Below, piece by piece: positions 1 through 7,972 of a stretch of 40,881 nucleotides of DNA; positions within the stretch are counted from its first letter, which is position 1, and every line of letters begins with the position of its first letter. Source of the DNA: a bacterium (GTDB lineage Bacteria > Oederibacteriota > Muellerivitia > Muellerivitales > Muellerivitaceae); contig DATKNU010000126.1 of the NCBI GenBank assembly GCA_035541195.1, positions 1-40,881 on the forward strand, in the 5' to 3' direction. The notes beneath the pieces are model-generated. The model was not told where the DNA came from. It searched no databases and worked only from the letters and a program-made list of their open reading frames with translations. Both the position numbers and the translations under genes were made by a program.

Positions 1-1
1 G

Positions 2-679
2 GAAGAGTTCTTCCACACCTTCAATGTGCTCTACGAGGCCCAAAAACAGATCGTGGCCACCTCGGACAGTCATCCCAAGGAAATCCGTTTGGAAGAGCGC
101 TTGCGCAACCGCTTTGAGATGGGACTCATCACCGACATCCAAGAACCGGACCTGGAAACCCGCATCGCCATCCTGCGCAAGAAAGCCGAGAGCGAAGGCA
201 TCTTGGTGCCCAATGAAGTGACGCTTTTCATCGCCCACCATGTGAAAGCCAATATCCGCGAATTAGAGGGCTCCATGTTGCGGGTGATCGCTTTCGCCTC
301 CCTTACCCGCCAGGAGATCACCTTGGAACTGGTGAAGGAAGTCCTGAAAGACGCGCTCCCCAACGAGGAAAAGCGCATCTCGGTGGACGCCATCCAGCGC
401 TTGGTGGCCGAACGTTACAACTGCAAGTTCTCCGACATGAAATCGAAAAAACGCACCAAGCAGATCGCTTTCCCTCGGCAGATCGCCATGTACCTGACCC
501 GTGAGCTGACGGCTCATTCACTTACGGAAATTGGGGCGGCTTTCGGCGGGAAAGACCACACCACCATCATTCATGCCTATGAAAAGATCGACGACCTTTG
601 CCAAACTGACGCCACCCTGGCCGGCGAGGTCCTCAACCTGAAGAAAGCCCTCGCCGAAGGGCATTCCTCCGCTTTTTAA
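2..679 (+). CDS. dnaA: Chromosomal replication initiator DnaA, C-terminal part (5' end lies outside the window)
   Basis: The frame is open from base 2 (EEFFHTFNVLYEAQKQIVATSD, the typical AAA+ region of DnaA). It contains IRELEGSMLRVIAFASL and the domain IV DNA-binding region KRTKQIAFPRQIAMYLTRELT...SLTEIGAAFGGKDHTTIIHAYEKI. The M at 26 in the ORF track is an internal GTG. Stop TAA at 677-679. Confidence 0.97.
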   Translation, partial: EEFFHTFNVLYEAQKQIVATSDSHPKEIRLEERLRNRFEMGLITDIQEPDLETRIAILRKKAESEGILVPNEVTLFIAHHVKANIRELEGSMLRVIAFASLTRQEITLELVKEVLKDALPNEEKRISVDAIQRLVAERYNCKFSDMKSKKRTKQIAFPRQIAMYLTRELTAHSLTEIGAAFGGKDHTTIIHAYEKIDDLCQTDATLAGEVLNLKKALAEGHSSAF

Positions 680-719
680 AAATCCCCCAAGTTATCCCCG
701 CTTACCCCCGAAATCCCCA
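680..719 (+). repeat. Four head-to-tail 9-mers resembling a variant DnaA box: AAATCCCCC, TTATCCCCG, TTACCCCCG, AAATCCCCA
   Basis: Read directly: 680-688 AAATCCCCC, 692-700 TTATCCCCG, 702-710 TTACCCCCG, 711-719 AAATCCCCA, spaced 9-12 bp and starting right after the dnaA stop. TTATCCCC differs from the canonical TTATCCAC by one base. Confidence 0.6.
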
Positions 720-828
720 AAGGATGGAACGCCCTGGTTCTTGACCGTTCCCCAATCCCCCTTTTCCCCAAGACCACCCACAAAAGGCCCTGAGGCTTGG
801 GTATAAACCGGGCCTTCGGGCAAAAAAG

Positions 829-856
829 TTGCGGACCTGTGGATTTCTCTTATAAT
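829..856 (+). promoter_or_regulatory. Putative sigma70-type promoter upstream of dnaN (TTGCGG-16 nt-TATAAT)
   Basis: -35 TTGCGG at 829-834 and a perfect -10 TATAAT at 851-856, with a 16-nt spacer. The spacer contains the reverse AAATCCACA box at 838-846. Confidence 0.4.
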
Positions 857-1021
857 ACCCCCAATTTATTCCCATGGATTTTCCGGCTAAAACCCTGACA
901 GGGAATCAATTCCCGGATGATTTACACATATCCTCAACGCCCACTACTGCTACTCTTCTTGTAAATTTAAAAGTCTTTTAAAGTAAAAGCTTTAGAGCCT
1001 TACTTCCCCAAGGAGCCTTTC

Positions 1022-2146
1022 ATGAAAGTCGTTTTAAATCGCTCGGACCTGTTAAAAGGAATTTCCACGGTTCAAAGCGCCGTCGCGGCTAAAAATACCA
1101 TGCCGATTTTGGCCAATGTCCTTTTGGAAGCCCGGGATAAAAAATTGGAGTTTGTGGCCACGGATTTGGATATGGGGATCCGTTGTTCGGTGGCCGCCGA
1201 GGTGGTGGAAAAGGGAAGCATCACCATTAACGCGAAAAAATTATCCGATATCGTCCGGGAATTACCGGAAGCTTCGGTGGATATTGAAATTGATGAGAAT
1301 CAAAAAATGATCCTGGTTTGCCAAAAGTCCCAATTTAAGGTCCATGGATTACCCAAGGATGATTTTCCGATCCTGCCCGAAGTGAAGAAAGAAAAGACCT
1401 TTAAAATTAAGGGGTCTTTGATCCAAGAAATGATCCACAAGACGATTTTCGCGGTTTCCACCGATGAGACCCGGTATGTGTTGAATGGGGTTTATTTCCA
1501 GGTCGAAAACGAGAAATTGAAGATGGTGGCCACGGATGGCCATCGCTTGGCTTATATCCACAAAAAGCTGGATGGAAAAGGCGATGGGAAGGCCAACGTG
1601 ATCATCCCGACGAAAACGTTGAACGAACTTTCCAAGGTTGTATCCGATATGGCCAAGGGAAAGGATGAAAAAGAAGAAACCATGGTCGAAGTCGTGACCA
1701 CGGAGAACCAGATCAAATTCACGGTTGAAGGGGTGGAAATCGTCTCCCGACTGATCGAAGGGCAATTCCCAAATTACGAGCAGGTCATTCCCAAGGAATC
1801 CGACAAGAAAATTGAGGTTTCCACCGCCGAGCTTTCCGCCGGCACCAAGCGCGTGGCCATCCTGACCTCCGAAAAGTCGAATTCGATCCGTTATCAGATC
1901 AAACCGGGAAAAATCTCCATTTCCTCGAAAACCCCCGATATGGGCGAGGCCAAGGAAGAAATCGACGCCAATTATAAGGGCGAGGAGATCAGCATCGCCT
2001 ACAACGCCAAATATGTCTTGGACGTGCTCAAAAACGTGGGGACGGATCATGTCGTGGTTGAATTGACCCAACCCTTGAGCCCCGGCATCCTCAAACCCAA
2101 AGGGGACTCGGATTATCTTTGTGTCATCATGCCCATGAGGGTTTAG
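1022..2146 (+). CDS. dnaN: DNA polymerase III beta sliding clamp
   Basis: 374 aa, located immediately after dnaA. Shine-Dalgarno AAGGAG lies 7 nt upstream. Motifs: MKVVLNRSDLLKGISTVQSAV, VATDGHRLAYI, and the typical C-terminal ending LCVIMPMRV. Confidence 0.97.
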   Translation: MKVVLNRSDLLKGISTVQSAVAAKNTMPILANVLLEARDKKLEFVATDLDMGIRCSVAAEVVEKGSITINAKKLSDIVRELPEASVDIEIDENQKMILVCQKSQFKVHGLPKDDFPILPEVKKEKTFKIKGSLIQEMIHKTIFAVSTDETRYVLNGVYFQVENEKLKMVATDGHRLAYIHKKLDGKGDGKANVIIPTKTLNELSKVVSDMAKGKDEKEETMVEVVTTENQIKFTVEGVEIVSRLIEGQFPNYEQVIPKESDKKIEVSTAELSAGTKRVAILTSEKSNSIRYQIKPGKISISSKTPDMGEAKEEIDANYKGEEISIAYNAKYVLDVLKNVGTDHVVVELTQPLSPGILKPKGDSDYLCVIMPMRV

Positions 2147-2165
2147 CTTCCGGCTTTATTTCAAA

Positions 2166-2200
2166 CCCCCGGGTGGATTCGCCCGGGGGTTTTTTATTTT
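2166..2200 (+). terminator. Rho-independent terminator after dnaN
   Basis: CCCCCGGG (2166-2173), loop tggattcg, CCCGGGGG (2182-2189), then TTTTTTATTTT. Confidence 0.85.
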
Positions 2201-2220
2201 AAGGGCGCTTTTCCCCTCCT

Positions 2221-2249
2221 TTGCTTCGGTCGCCTAAAAACCGTACAAT
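2221..2249 (+). promoter_or_regulatory. Putative promoter of the helicase gene (TTGCTT-17 nt-TACAAT), -10 only 6 nt from the ATG
   Basis: -35 TTGCTT at 2221-2226, 17-nt spacer, -10 TACAAT at 2244-2249, then tcgtgc and the ATG at 2256. No Shine-Dalgarno can fit in that gap, so the mRNA would be leaderless. Confidence 0.45.
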
Positions 2250-2255
2250 TCGTGC

Positions 2256-5243
2256 ATGGCTCCTAAAGTCTCAAGTTCCCAGCCTTCGGTTTTGTCCCGG
2301 ATCCTTTCCGCCCTTCGGGCGCGGGAGGATCTCAAGGACCGGATACGGCACATTGAATCCATCCCCGCGCGGGCGGCCCAATTCGAGGATTGGCCCCGGG
2401 GCCTTTCCCCCGACTTGGTGAAGCTGCTTCAAAGGGCGGGCGTGGAGGCGCTTTGGACCCACCAGGCCCAGGCTTTCGAAGCCTTGCAATCGGGCAAGCA
2501 CGTGGCCATCACCACACCCACGGCCTCAGGCAAAACCCTTTGTTTCAACCTGCCGGTTTTCCAGTCCATCTTGAAAGACCCCTCCAGCCGCGCGCTTTAT
2601 CTTTATCCCATGAAGGCGCTGGCCCAAGACCAACTCAAAACCCTGCAGGAATGGTCCGGACGCCTTAAGTCGGCCAAGTTGCCGCTCTTCAACGCTGAAA
2701 TTTATGACGGCGACACCCCGACGAATTTAAGGGCCAAAATCCGGAAGGTTCCACCCCACATTCTCCTCACCAACCCCGATATGTTGCACTTGGGGATCTT
2801 GGCCTTTCACGACGCTTGGGCGGATTTTTTCAAGAACTTGAAGGTCGTGGTGGTGGATGAGGCCCATAGTTATCGGGGCGTCTTCGGTTCCCACGTGGCC
2901 CATGTGTTGCGGCGCCTGCGGCGGATTTGCCGCCACTATGGCGCCGATCCCCAATTTGTGACCTGTTCAGCCACCTTGGGCAACCCGGATGAGTTTCTTT
3001 CCCAATTGACCGGGCTTTCCTTCGAGATCATTTCCAAAACCGGGGCCCCCCAAAACGCGAAGACCTTCGTGCTTTGGAACCCCGACACGGCGTCGCCTTA
3101 CACCGAGGCGGTGACGCTTCTTTTGGAATGCCTGAAGGGGGGCTTGAAGACCATCGTCTTCACCAAGGCCCGCAAGATCACCGAGCTCATCAGCCTCTGG
3201 GTGACCCAGGCTCGCCCCGAATGGGCCGCCCAAATCAAAAGCTACCGCGCCGGCTACCTGCCCGAGGAACGCCGCGAGATCGAGGCCAGGCTTTTCAAGG
3301 ATGAGCTCAAAGCCGTCATCTCCACCTCCGCCTTGGAAGTGGGAATCGACGTCGGGGGATTGGACGCCTGCGTGCTGGTGGGTTATCCGGGCACCATGAT
3401 TTCCACTTGGCAACGCTCGGGGCGCGTGGGCCGCGGTGAGGCGCCGTCGGTGGTCTTTTTGGTCGCCATGGCCGACGCCATGGATCAATATTGGATGAAA
3501 CACCCGGGAAAGTTTTTCACCATGAAACCCGAGTCCCTGATGGTGGGTTTTGAAAACGAGACCATCGCCGGAGCCCATCTTCGCTGCGCGGCCGCCGAAA
3601 TCCCCCTGACCCGGGAGAACGACGCTCCCTTTTATGGGGCCTTATTGGATAAGTTGTTGACGCCGCTGGTGGCCGAAGGCCGGCTGTTGGAGGCCGCCCG
3701 GGGGGACAGGTGGCTGGTGACGGACAAGACTCCCCAGCGGGGCATCAGCATCCGGGACATGGGCGAGGGCTATCAAATCATCCGGGAAGACACCGGCGAA
3801 CTCATCGGTACCATCGACGGCATGCGGGCTTTCCGGGATTGCCATCCCGGCGCGGTTTACCTGCACCAGGGCGTGCAATATGTGGTGAAAGACCTTCAAT
3901 GGGAAACCCATAAGATATTGGTCCGGGATGAGCCGGTGGATTATTACACCCAAGTCAATTACGAGGAAGAAACGGAAATTTTGGAAGAGCTGAAAAAGCG
4001 GCCTCTGGGCCCCGCCAAAGCCCAAAGTGTCATCCATTGGGGGCGGGTGAAGATCACCCAGCGTTTCATCAATTACGAGGTCCACCGGATCCTTGACCGG
4101 TCGTTGGTTTATACCACGCCCCTCACGCTTCCGCCCCAAACCTTCGAGACCCGGGCCCTCTGGTTCACCCTGCCGGATTGGCTCCAACGGCGCTTGGGTG
4201 ATTTGAAGCTGCATTTCATGGGCGGCCTGCACGCCGCCGAGCATGGCGCCATCGCCATGATGCCCTTGCATGTGGTGTGCGACCGCTGGGACCTGGGCGG
4301 CATCTCCACCCCCGCCCACCCCCAGGTGCCCCAGCCGGTCATTTTCATTTATGATGGATACCCGGGGGGCGTGGGCTTGACTGAAAGGGCCTACGAAACC
4401 ATGGAAGAGCTTTTAGGCACGACTTTCGAGATGGTGCGGGATTGCGAGTGCGAGGAAGGCTGTCCTTCCTGCGTGCAGTCGCCCAAATGCGGGAATGGGA
4501 ATCATCCGCTGGATAAAAAGGGAGCCCTGTTGCTCTTGGCCCATCTCTTGGGCCGGGAGGATTTGGCGCCCGTCAAGGCGGGCGGGGAAAAGAATTTACC
4601 ACCGCCATCTTTATCCCCCAAGGAAACCAACGTGGAGCCTTTCAAGAATCCAAGCGCGACTTTTCCCGAAGGCCTTTTTTCCAAGGAGCCCGCCCCCGCG
4701 AAGACCGGTCCGGTGGTGTTCGACATTGAGACCCAATATTTGGCCGCGGACGTGCCCGGCGGCTGGTCCAACCTGCCCGGCATGAAGCTTTCCTGCGCGG
4801 TGCTTTACGACGTCGACCAAGGCCGTTATTTCACTTATGGGGAAGAGAACGTGGGGGCCTTGATCGACCACCTCAAAGCTTCCTCCTTGGTGGTGGGCTT
4901 CAACACCTTGCGCTTTGACTATGGCGTGCTCCAGGGTTACACCCCTTTCAAGCTCCAAAGCTTGCCGTCGCTGGACCTGATGGCGGACCTGCAGAAAAAG
5001 CTCAACCACCGCCTGTCCCTCGCGCACTTGGCCGAGCACAGCCTGGGCGGCGCCGAGAAAAGCGCCGACGGCCTTTTGGCGGTCCAGTGGTGGCGGGAAG
5101 GCAAGTACCAACAAGTGGTGGACTATTGCCGAATGGACGTGAAGCTGACGTATGATCTTTGGCGTTTCGGCCAGGAAAAAAAACACGTGCTCTTCAAGCA
5201 CAAGCAGTCCGGCGAGATCGTCAAGTGCCCGGTGAGTTGGTGA
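2256..5243 (+). CDS. MrfA/YprA-like DEAH-box helicase with C-terminal 4-Cys Zn domain (DUF1998/MZB), fused to an exonuclease-like domain
   Basis: 995 aa. SF2 motifs: TTPTASGKTLCF (I), VVVDEAHSYRGVFGSH (II, DEAH), CSATLGNP (III), WQRSGRVGRG (VI). The Cys cluster CECEEGCPSCVQSPKCGNGNHPLDK is typical of DUF1998. A Pro/Ser/Lys-rich linker follows, then the extra domain listed separately. Confidence 0.85.
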   Translation: MAPKVSSSQPSVLSRILSALRAREDLKDRIRHIESIPARAAQFEDWPRGLSPDLVKLLQRAGVEALWTHQAQAFEALQSGKHVAITTPTASGKTLCFNLPVFQSILKDPSSRALYLYPMKALAQDQLKTLQEWSGRLKSAKLPLFNAEIYDGDTPTNLRAKIRKVPPHILLTNPDMLHLGILAFHDAWADFFKNLKVVVVDEAHSYRGVFGSHVAHVLRRLRRICRHYGADPQFVTCSATLGNPDEFLSQLTGLSFEIISKTGAPQNAKTFVLWNPDTASPYTEAVTLLLECLKGGLKTIVFTKARKITELISLWVTQARPEWAAQIKSYRAGYLPEERREIEARLFKDELKAVISTSALEVGIDVGGLDACVLVGYPGTMISTWQRSGRVGRGEAPSVVFLVAMADAMDQYWMKHPGKFFTMKPESLMVGFENETIAGAHLRCAAAEIPLTRENDAPFYGALLDKLLTPLVAEGRLLEAARGDRWLVTDKTPQRGISIRDMGEGYQIIREDTGELIGTIDGMRAFRDCHPGAVYLHQGVQYVVKDLQWETHKILVRDEPVDYYTQVNYEEETEILEELKKRPLGPAKAQSVIHWGRVKITQRFINYEVHRILDRSLVYTTPLTLPPQTFETRALWFTLPDWLQRRLGDLKLHFMGGLHAAEHGAIAMMPLHVVCDRWDLGGISTPAHPQVPQPVIFIYDGYPGGVGLTERAYETMEELLGTTFEMVRDCECEEGCPSCVQSPKCGNGNHPLDKKGALLLLAHLLGREDLAPVKAGGEKNLPPPSLSPKETNVEPFKNPSATFPEGLFSKEPAPAKTGPVVFDIETQYLAADVPGGWSNLPGMKLSCAVLYDVDQGRYFTYGEENVGALIDHLKASSLVVGFNTLRFDYGVLQGYTPFKLQSLPSLDLMADLQKKLNHRLSLAHLAEHSLGGAEKSADGLLAVQWWREGKYQQVVDYCRMDVKLTYDLWRFGQEKKHVLFKHKQSGEIVKCPVSW
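4713..5240 (+). other. C-terminal DEDD-type (RNase H fold) 3'-5' exonuclease-like domain of the helicase ORF
   Basis: Candidate Exo I VVFDIETQ, Exo II VGFNTLRFDYGVL and Exo III YCRMDVKLTYDLW carry the acidic residues in the expected order and spacing over about 175 aa. This is a domain call within CDS 2256-5243. Confidence 0.6.
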
Positions 5244-5284
5244 TTTTTCACCGCCCCAACAATCCCTAGGGCTATACTGACCCC

Positions 5285-5716
5285 ATGTCCACCCACCCCA
5301 AGGAAAACCGCCTGACCATCGAGATGTCCATCATGTCCTTCGAGACGGACTACCAGGGCATCGTGAATAACACCGAATTCATCCGTTTTCTGGAGCGGGT
5401 GCGCTACGCCCTTTCCAAGAAATTAGGTTTCTCCTTCAAGCAGGTCCGCTCCTCCAAACTCTGGACCGTCATGGCCCATGTCGAAGTCAATTACGTCTCG
5501 CCGGCGCGCTTTGAGGACGTCATGTTGGGCACCGGTTGGGTGGAAAAGATGGGGCGAAGCTCGCTCACCATCGGTTATGACTTCCGCCTGAAAGGCTCTA
5601 AGCGGCTTATCGCGGACGCCCGCCAAGTGGTGGTGTTCGTGGACAGCGCGACCCTCAAACCCACCCCCATCCCGCCGAAAATACGCCATAAAATCAACGG
5701 CTTCCTTTCCCGCTGA
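5285..5716 (+). CDS. Hotdog-fold acyl-CoA thioesterase (4HBT/YbgC-like)
   Basis: 143 aa. The N-terminal catalytic-region pattern SFETDYQGIVNNTEFIRFLE and the size fit the 4HBT family. TATACT at 5273-5278 lies 6 nt before the ATG. Confidence 0.7.
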   Translation: MSTHPKENRLTIEMSIMSFETDYQGIVNNTEFIRFLERVRYALSKKLGFSFKQVRSSKLWTVMAHVEVNYVSPARFEDVMLGTGWVEKMGRSSLTIGYDFRLKGSKRLIADARQVVVFVDSATLKPTPIPPKIRHKINGFLSR

Positions 5717-5800
5717 CCTTCCAGGCCGGCCCGCTGGCCCCTTGTAAAAGGCCCGCTTTTCAAGGTATGTTGAATATTCCAATCCGCTTAAGGAACCCCC

Positions 5801-7009
5801 ATGCCTAAAGCAAAAATGAGCGTCAACAACCTTCAAAGCCAGCTTTTGGCCCTCAACCGTATCGGCATCGCGCTGACCCGGGAAAACAACCTCAACCAAT
5901 TGCTCACCCTCATCCTCACCGAGAGCCGCAGTTTCACCGGCGCCGAGGCGGGAAGCCTTTACGTGCGCGAGGGCGAGCAATTGCGCTTCGCGGTGAGCCA
6001 AAACGAGGTGATGGAAGAGCGCAAGAAGGCTGAGCAGAAGAAACTCAAAAAGCCGCTTGAAGTGGTGCCCGCCACCTTCACGGGGTTCTATATCTCCTTG
6101 GATAAAAGTTCCTTGGCCGGTTACGTGGGGGTCACCGCCAAGACCTTGAACCTCCCGGACGCCTATAAAATCCCCAGCAACCGGGAATACCGTTTCAACC
6201 GTTCCTTCGACGAGAAAAACAACTACCGCACCAAGAGCATGCTCATCGTCCCCATGAAGGACGCCCATGGCGACGTTGTGGGGGTCATCCAGCTCATCAA
6301 CGCGCGCAAGGGAAAGGCCATCGTGCCTTTCGACAAGCATTTCGAGAACCTGGTTTTGTCCCTGGCCAGCCAAGCCGCCATCGCGATCCGCAACGCGCTT
6401 CTCACCCAGGAATTGAAGGAAGCCTATCTGGACACCATCTTCCGCCTGTCGGTGGCCGCCGAGTATAAGGACGACGATACGGCCGCGCATATCCACCGCA
6501 TGAGCCGCTATTCCTCGATCCTGGCCGCGGGGCTGGGCCTCTCCGCCGCCGAGGTCGAAAGCATCCAATACGCCTCCCCCATGCATGACATCGGGAAACT
6601 CGGCGTCCCCGATTCCATCCTCATGAAGCCCGGTAAACTCACGCCGCAGGAATTCAAGGAGATGCAGAACCACACCATCTTCGGCGCCAAGATCCTGGAG
6701 AACGCCAAAGCGGACCTCTTGCGCGTATCCGAGCAAATCGCCCTCACCCACCACGAGAAGTGGGACGGCAGCGGTTATCCCCGGGGATTAAAGGGGGAGA
6801 ACATCCCCCTGTCGGGGCGCATCGTGGCCTTGGCCGACGTTTTCGACGCGCTGACGTCCAAGCGTTGCTATAAGCCGGCTTTCTCCTTGGAACAGTCGTT
6901 GGACATCATCAAGGAAGGCAGCGGCCGGCATTTTGACCCGAAGGTCGTGCAGGCTTTCCTGAACAACATCGAGAAATTCCTCGCGGTCAAAGCCCAATTC
7001 AATAATTGA
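5801..7009 (+). CDS. GAF-domain HD-GYP phosphohydrolase (putative c-di-GMP phosphodiesterase)
   Basis: 402 aa. The N-terminal ~190 aa are GAF-like. The C-terminal HD-GYP motifs are HDIGKLGVPDSIL, HHEKWDGSGYPRGL and ALADVFDALTSKRCYK. SD AAGGA lies 6 nt upstream. Confidence 0.88.
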   Translation: MPKAKMSVNNLQSQLLALNRIGIALTRENNLNQLLTLILTESRSFTGAEAGSLYVREGEQLRFAVSQNEVMEERKKAEQKKLKKPLEVVPATFTGFYISLDKSSLAGYVGVTAKTLNLPDAYKIPSNREYRFNRSFDEKNNYRTKSMLIVPMKDAHGDVVGVIQLINARKGKAIVPFDKHFENLVLSLASQAAIAIRNALLTQELKEAYLDTIFRLSVAAEYKDDDTAAHIHRMSRYSSILAAGLGLSAAEVESIQYASPMHDIGKLGVPDSILMKPGKLTPQEFKEMQNHTIFGAKILENAKADLLRVSEQIALTHHEKWDGSGYPRGLKGENIPLSGRIVALADVFDALTSKRCYKPAFSLEQSLDIIKEGSGRHFDPKVVQAFLNNIEKFLAVKAQFNN

Positions 7010-7033
7010 TCGGGGTTCCAAAGCGGTTTCTTG

Positions 7034-7070
7034 GGCGGGCCGGGGGTTTTCCCCCGCCCGCTTTTTTATT
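7034..7070 (+). terminator. Rho-independent terminator after the HD-GYP gene
   Basis: GCGGGCCGGGGG, loop tttt, CCCCCGCCCGC (one bulge), followed by TTTTTTATT. Confidence 0.8.
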
Positions 7071-7201
7071 GGGCTTCGCTACAGGTGTAACGTGAGACAG
7101 CCGGCCAAAATTAAAAGGCAACTTCATTGACAGTTTTCCGGGCGGCTGGCCATAATGGCGCCTTCTCGGGATGGGTCAAAATAATTTTAAGGAGAAGTGA
7201 A

Positions 7202-7813
7202 ATGGTGAAGAAGTTTTTAGCCCTTTTGTTGACGTTTGGTTTGACCTCCATGGTTTTCGCTCAAAGCGCCCCGACGGCCAGCCCGGCGGTTGCCGCGCCC
7301 GCGCCCGTGAAAAAGAAGAAAATGATGGGCGGCGGCGATGAGCAGGGCATCAAGAAAGCCTTCAACGCGGTGGCGACGGCTTGGAACGACGGGGACGCCA
7401 AAAAAGTGGCTTCCTTTTTCACCAACGACGCCACCCTGATCAACCCCATGGGCCAGCAAGGCCAAGGCCGTGACGGCGTGCTCCAGGTCATCACCAACGA
7501 CCTGACGGGGCCCCTGAAGGGAACCCAGCAGACCTTCACCGACTTCAGCATCACCTTCGTGATGCCGAACCTGGCGCTAGTGGACTGCACCGCGAACTTG
7601 ACGGGCATGACGGCGCCCGACGGCACCGCGGCTCCGGCCACCGTCTTCCATTTCTTCGGGATCGTGGTGAACCGTGGCAATGGATGGCAAGCCCGTACGG
7701 CCCGCATTTTCGCTTTTCTGCCCGCTCCCGGCGCGGCGTCTTCCTCGCCCACGCCTGGCAGCGCTTCCGCGGCGCCCGGCGCCGCCGGAACCCCGACTTC
7801 GGGCGGAAAGTAG
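7202..7813 (+). CDS. Secreted SnoaL-like / DUF4440 (SgcJ/EcaC-type) protein with a low-complexity Ala/Pro/Ser/Gly tail
   Basis: I start it at ATG 7202 (SD AAGGAGAAG 6 nt upstream) rather than 7127. Signal peptide MVKKFLALLLTFGLTSMVFAQS. Core IKKAFNAVATAWNDGDAKKVASFFTNDATLINPMG is typical of the NTF2-like SgcJ/EcaC family. Confidence 0.65.
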   Translation: MVKKFLALLLTFGLTSMVFAQSAPTASPAVAAPAPVKKKKMMGGGDEQGIKKAFNAVATAWNDGDAKKVASFFTNDATLINPMGQQGQGRDGVLQVITNDLTGPLKGTQQTFTDFSITFVMPNLALVDCTANLTGMTAPDGTAAPATVFHFFGIVVNRGNGWQARTARIFAFLPAPGAASSSPTPGSASAAPGAAGTPTSGGK

Positions 7814-7868
7814 CGTAGGCCTCCGGCGGGGATTCCCGCCCCGGGACGCGAAAAGCGTTTTTGCAAAA

Positions 7869-7904
7869 GCCCTTCCCCTTCGGGGGCGGGGCTTTTTTAT
7901 TTTG
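7869..7904 (+). terminator. Rho-independent terminator after the SnoaL-like gene
   Basis: GCCCTTCCCC, loop ttcg, GGGGCGGGGC (one mismatch, one G-U), followed by TTTTTTATTTT. Confidence 0.8.
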
Positions 7905-7972
7905 AGGCTTTCCATTTAATCTTGGTTAGGATAGGGCCTCCGGGATTTGATTTTTAAAACAGGGAAGAGTAC

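Larger units (their letters stand above)
680..1021. promoter_or_regulatory. dnaA-dnaN intergenic region: candidate oriC / dnaN control region
   Basis: The region contains the forward box array at 680-719. Further forward copies are CAATCCCCC at 753-761 and TTTTCCCCA at 762-770. Reverse-strand copies are AAATCCACA (plus strand TGTGGATTT, 838-846) and AAAATCCAT (874-882). A 3-nt-periodic tract CAC TAC TGC TAC TCT TCT TGT lies at 942-962, followed by an AT-rich block at 958-995 (gtaaatttaaaagtcttttaaagtaaaag). Confidence 0.5.

Noticed and set aside
1022-2146. dnaN has visibly lower GC (about 45-50% on sampled lines) than its neighbours, which could suggest foreign origin
   Set aside because: The drop is moderate and patchy, the gene is in its canonical position after dnaA, and the protein is Lys/Ile/Glu/Asn-rich, which lowers GC. 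This is not comparable to the sharp 30-38% island at 30504-31791.
5717-5800. Imperfect hairpin CTTGTAAAAG-gcccg-CTTTTCAAG after the thioesterase gene as a terminator
   Set aside because: The stem is AT-rich with a bulge and is not followed by a T-run, so the evidence is too weak to call.
2256-7009. DUF1998-type helicase as part of a DISARM- or Druantia-like defence island
   Set aside because: No PLD nuclease, DNA methyltransferase, DrmB-like separate DUF1998 protein or large DruE-type partners are adjacent. The neighbours are dnaN, a thioesterase and an HD-GYP protein, and the composition is native. The MrfA/MrfB repair-type interpretation fits better.
7814-7972. TPP riboswitch expected upstream of a ThiO-like glycine oxidase
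   Set aside because: I could not find the conserved CUGAGA and ACCUGAUCUGGAUAAUGCCAGCG-like cores. The region is occupied by a terminator hairpin. I therefore named the gene only as a DAO-family oxidoreductase.
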